Part shown: positions 63,405 to 64,000 of the stretch, piece after piece
How the letters are laid out: every line of letters starts with the position of its first letter
Numbering within the stretch: the stretch's first letter is position 1
Assembly: GCF_023055435.1 (NCBI RefSeq)
Contig: NW_025963846.1
Coordinates: 26,536,001 to 26,600,000 of the forward strand
Source of the DNA: Haliotis rufescens
Taxonomy: Eukaryota
Direction of reading: 5' to 3'
Length of the DNA stretch: 64,000 nt
The notes under the pieces: model-generated
Databases searched by the model: none
What the model was told of the DNA's origin: nothing
What the model saw: the letters and a program-made list of their open reading frames with translations, nothing else
Program-made: the position numbers and the translations under genes

Positions 63405-64000
63405 GTCAGTGTAGGTTGTACATACATGTGATCTATCTCTCTGTGTACAGATAGTGTAGGTTGTACATACATGGGATATATCTCTCTGTGTACGGGTAGT
63501 GTAGGGTGTACATACATGGGATCTATCTCTCTGTGTACAGATAGTATAGGTTGTACATACATGGGATCTATCTCTCTGTGTACAGGTAGTGTAGGTTGTG
63601 TATACATGTGATCTATCTCTCTGTGTACAGGTAGTGTAGGTTGTACATGTATGGGATCTATCTCTCTGTGAACAGGTAGTGTAGGTTGTGTACACATGGG
63701 ATCTACCTCTCTGTGTACAGATAGTGTAGGTTGTACATACATGGGATCTATCTCTCTGTGTACAGATAGTGTAGGCTGTACATACATGGGATCTATATCT
63801 CTGTGTACATATAGTGTAGGTTGTACGTACATGTGATCTACCTCTCTGTGTACAGGTAGTGTAGGTTGTACGTACAGGACATCTATCTCTCTGTGTAGAG
63901 GTAGTGTAGGTTGTGTATACATGTGATCTACATCTGTGTGTACATATAGTGTAGGTTGTGTATACACGGGATCTACATCTGTGTGTACATATAGTGTAGG
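63405..64000. repeat. 45-bp minisatellite resumes to the window end
   Basis: Same unit as 54385-57968. Confidence 0.97.

Overview
Repeat-rich animal genomic DNA, probably molluscan. The (ACTC)n-tailed tRNA-type SINE pieces resemble abalone SINEs (inference). No rRNA, tRNA or CRISPR is evident, and most ORF-track entries are minisatellite artefacts. The organising feature is a tandem array of an unnamed multi-exon gene on the + strand, encoding a large secreted cysteine-rich protein: signal peptide, EMI-like tip, EGF/TNFR-like modules, then FN3/Ig-like DxSPP...W.GF.D.ESG repeats. Copy A has 19 phase-consistent exons at 7583-28084 (about 1,088 codons); its exon 1 is not in the window and its last visible exon is apparently frameshifted. 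Copy B has two duplicate promoter + signal-peptide exons (32087 and 38875) and exon 2 at 51914; the rest runs off the window. Paralogous exon 2 is much more diverged than the adjacent intron. Three intronic minisatellites appear to be amplified from the gene's own splice junctions, and shared arrays expanded reciprocally in the two copies. Introns and intergenic DNA hold a decayed Polinton/adintovirus-like gene block, an intronless BIR pseudogene, and Penelope, L2/CR1, I/Nimb, L1/Tx1, Tc1, pogo, Harbinger, Crypton, Academ-like and EnSpm-like remnants.
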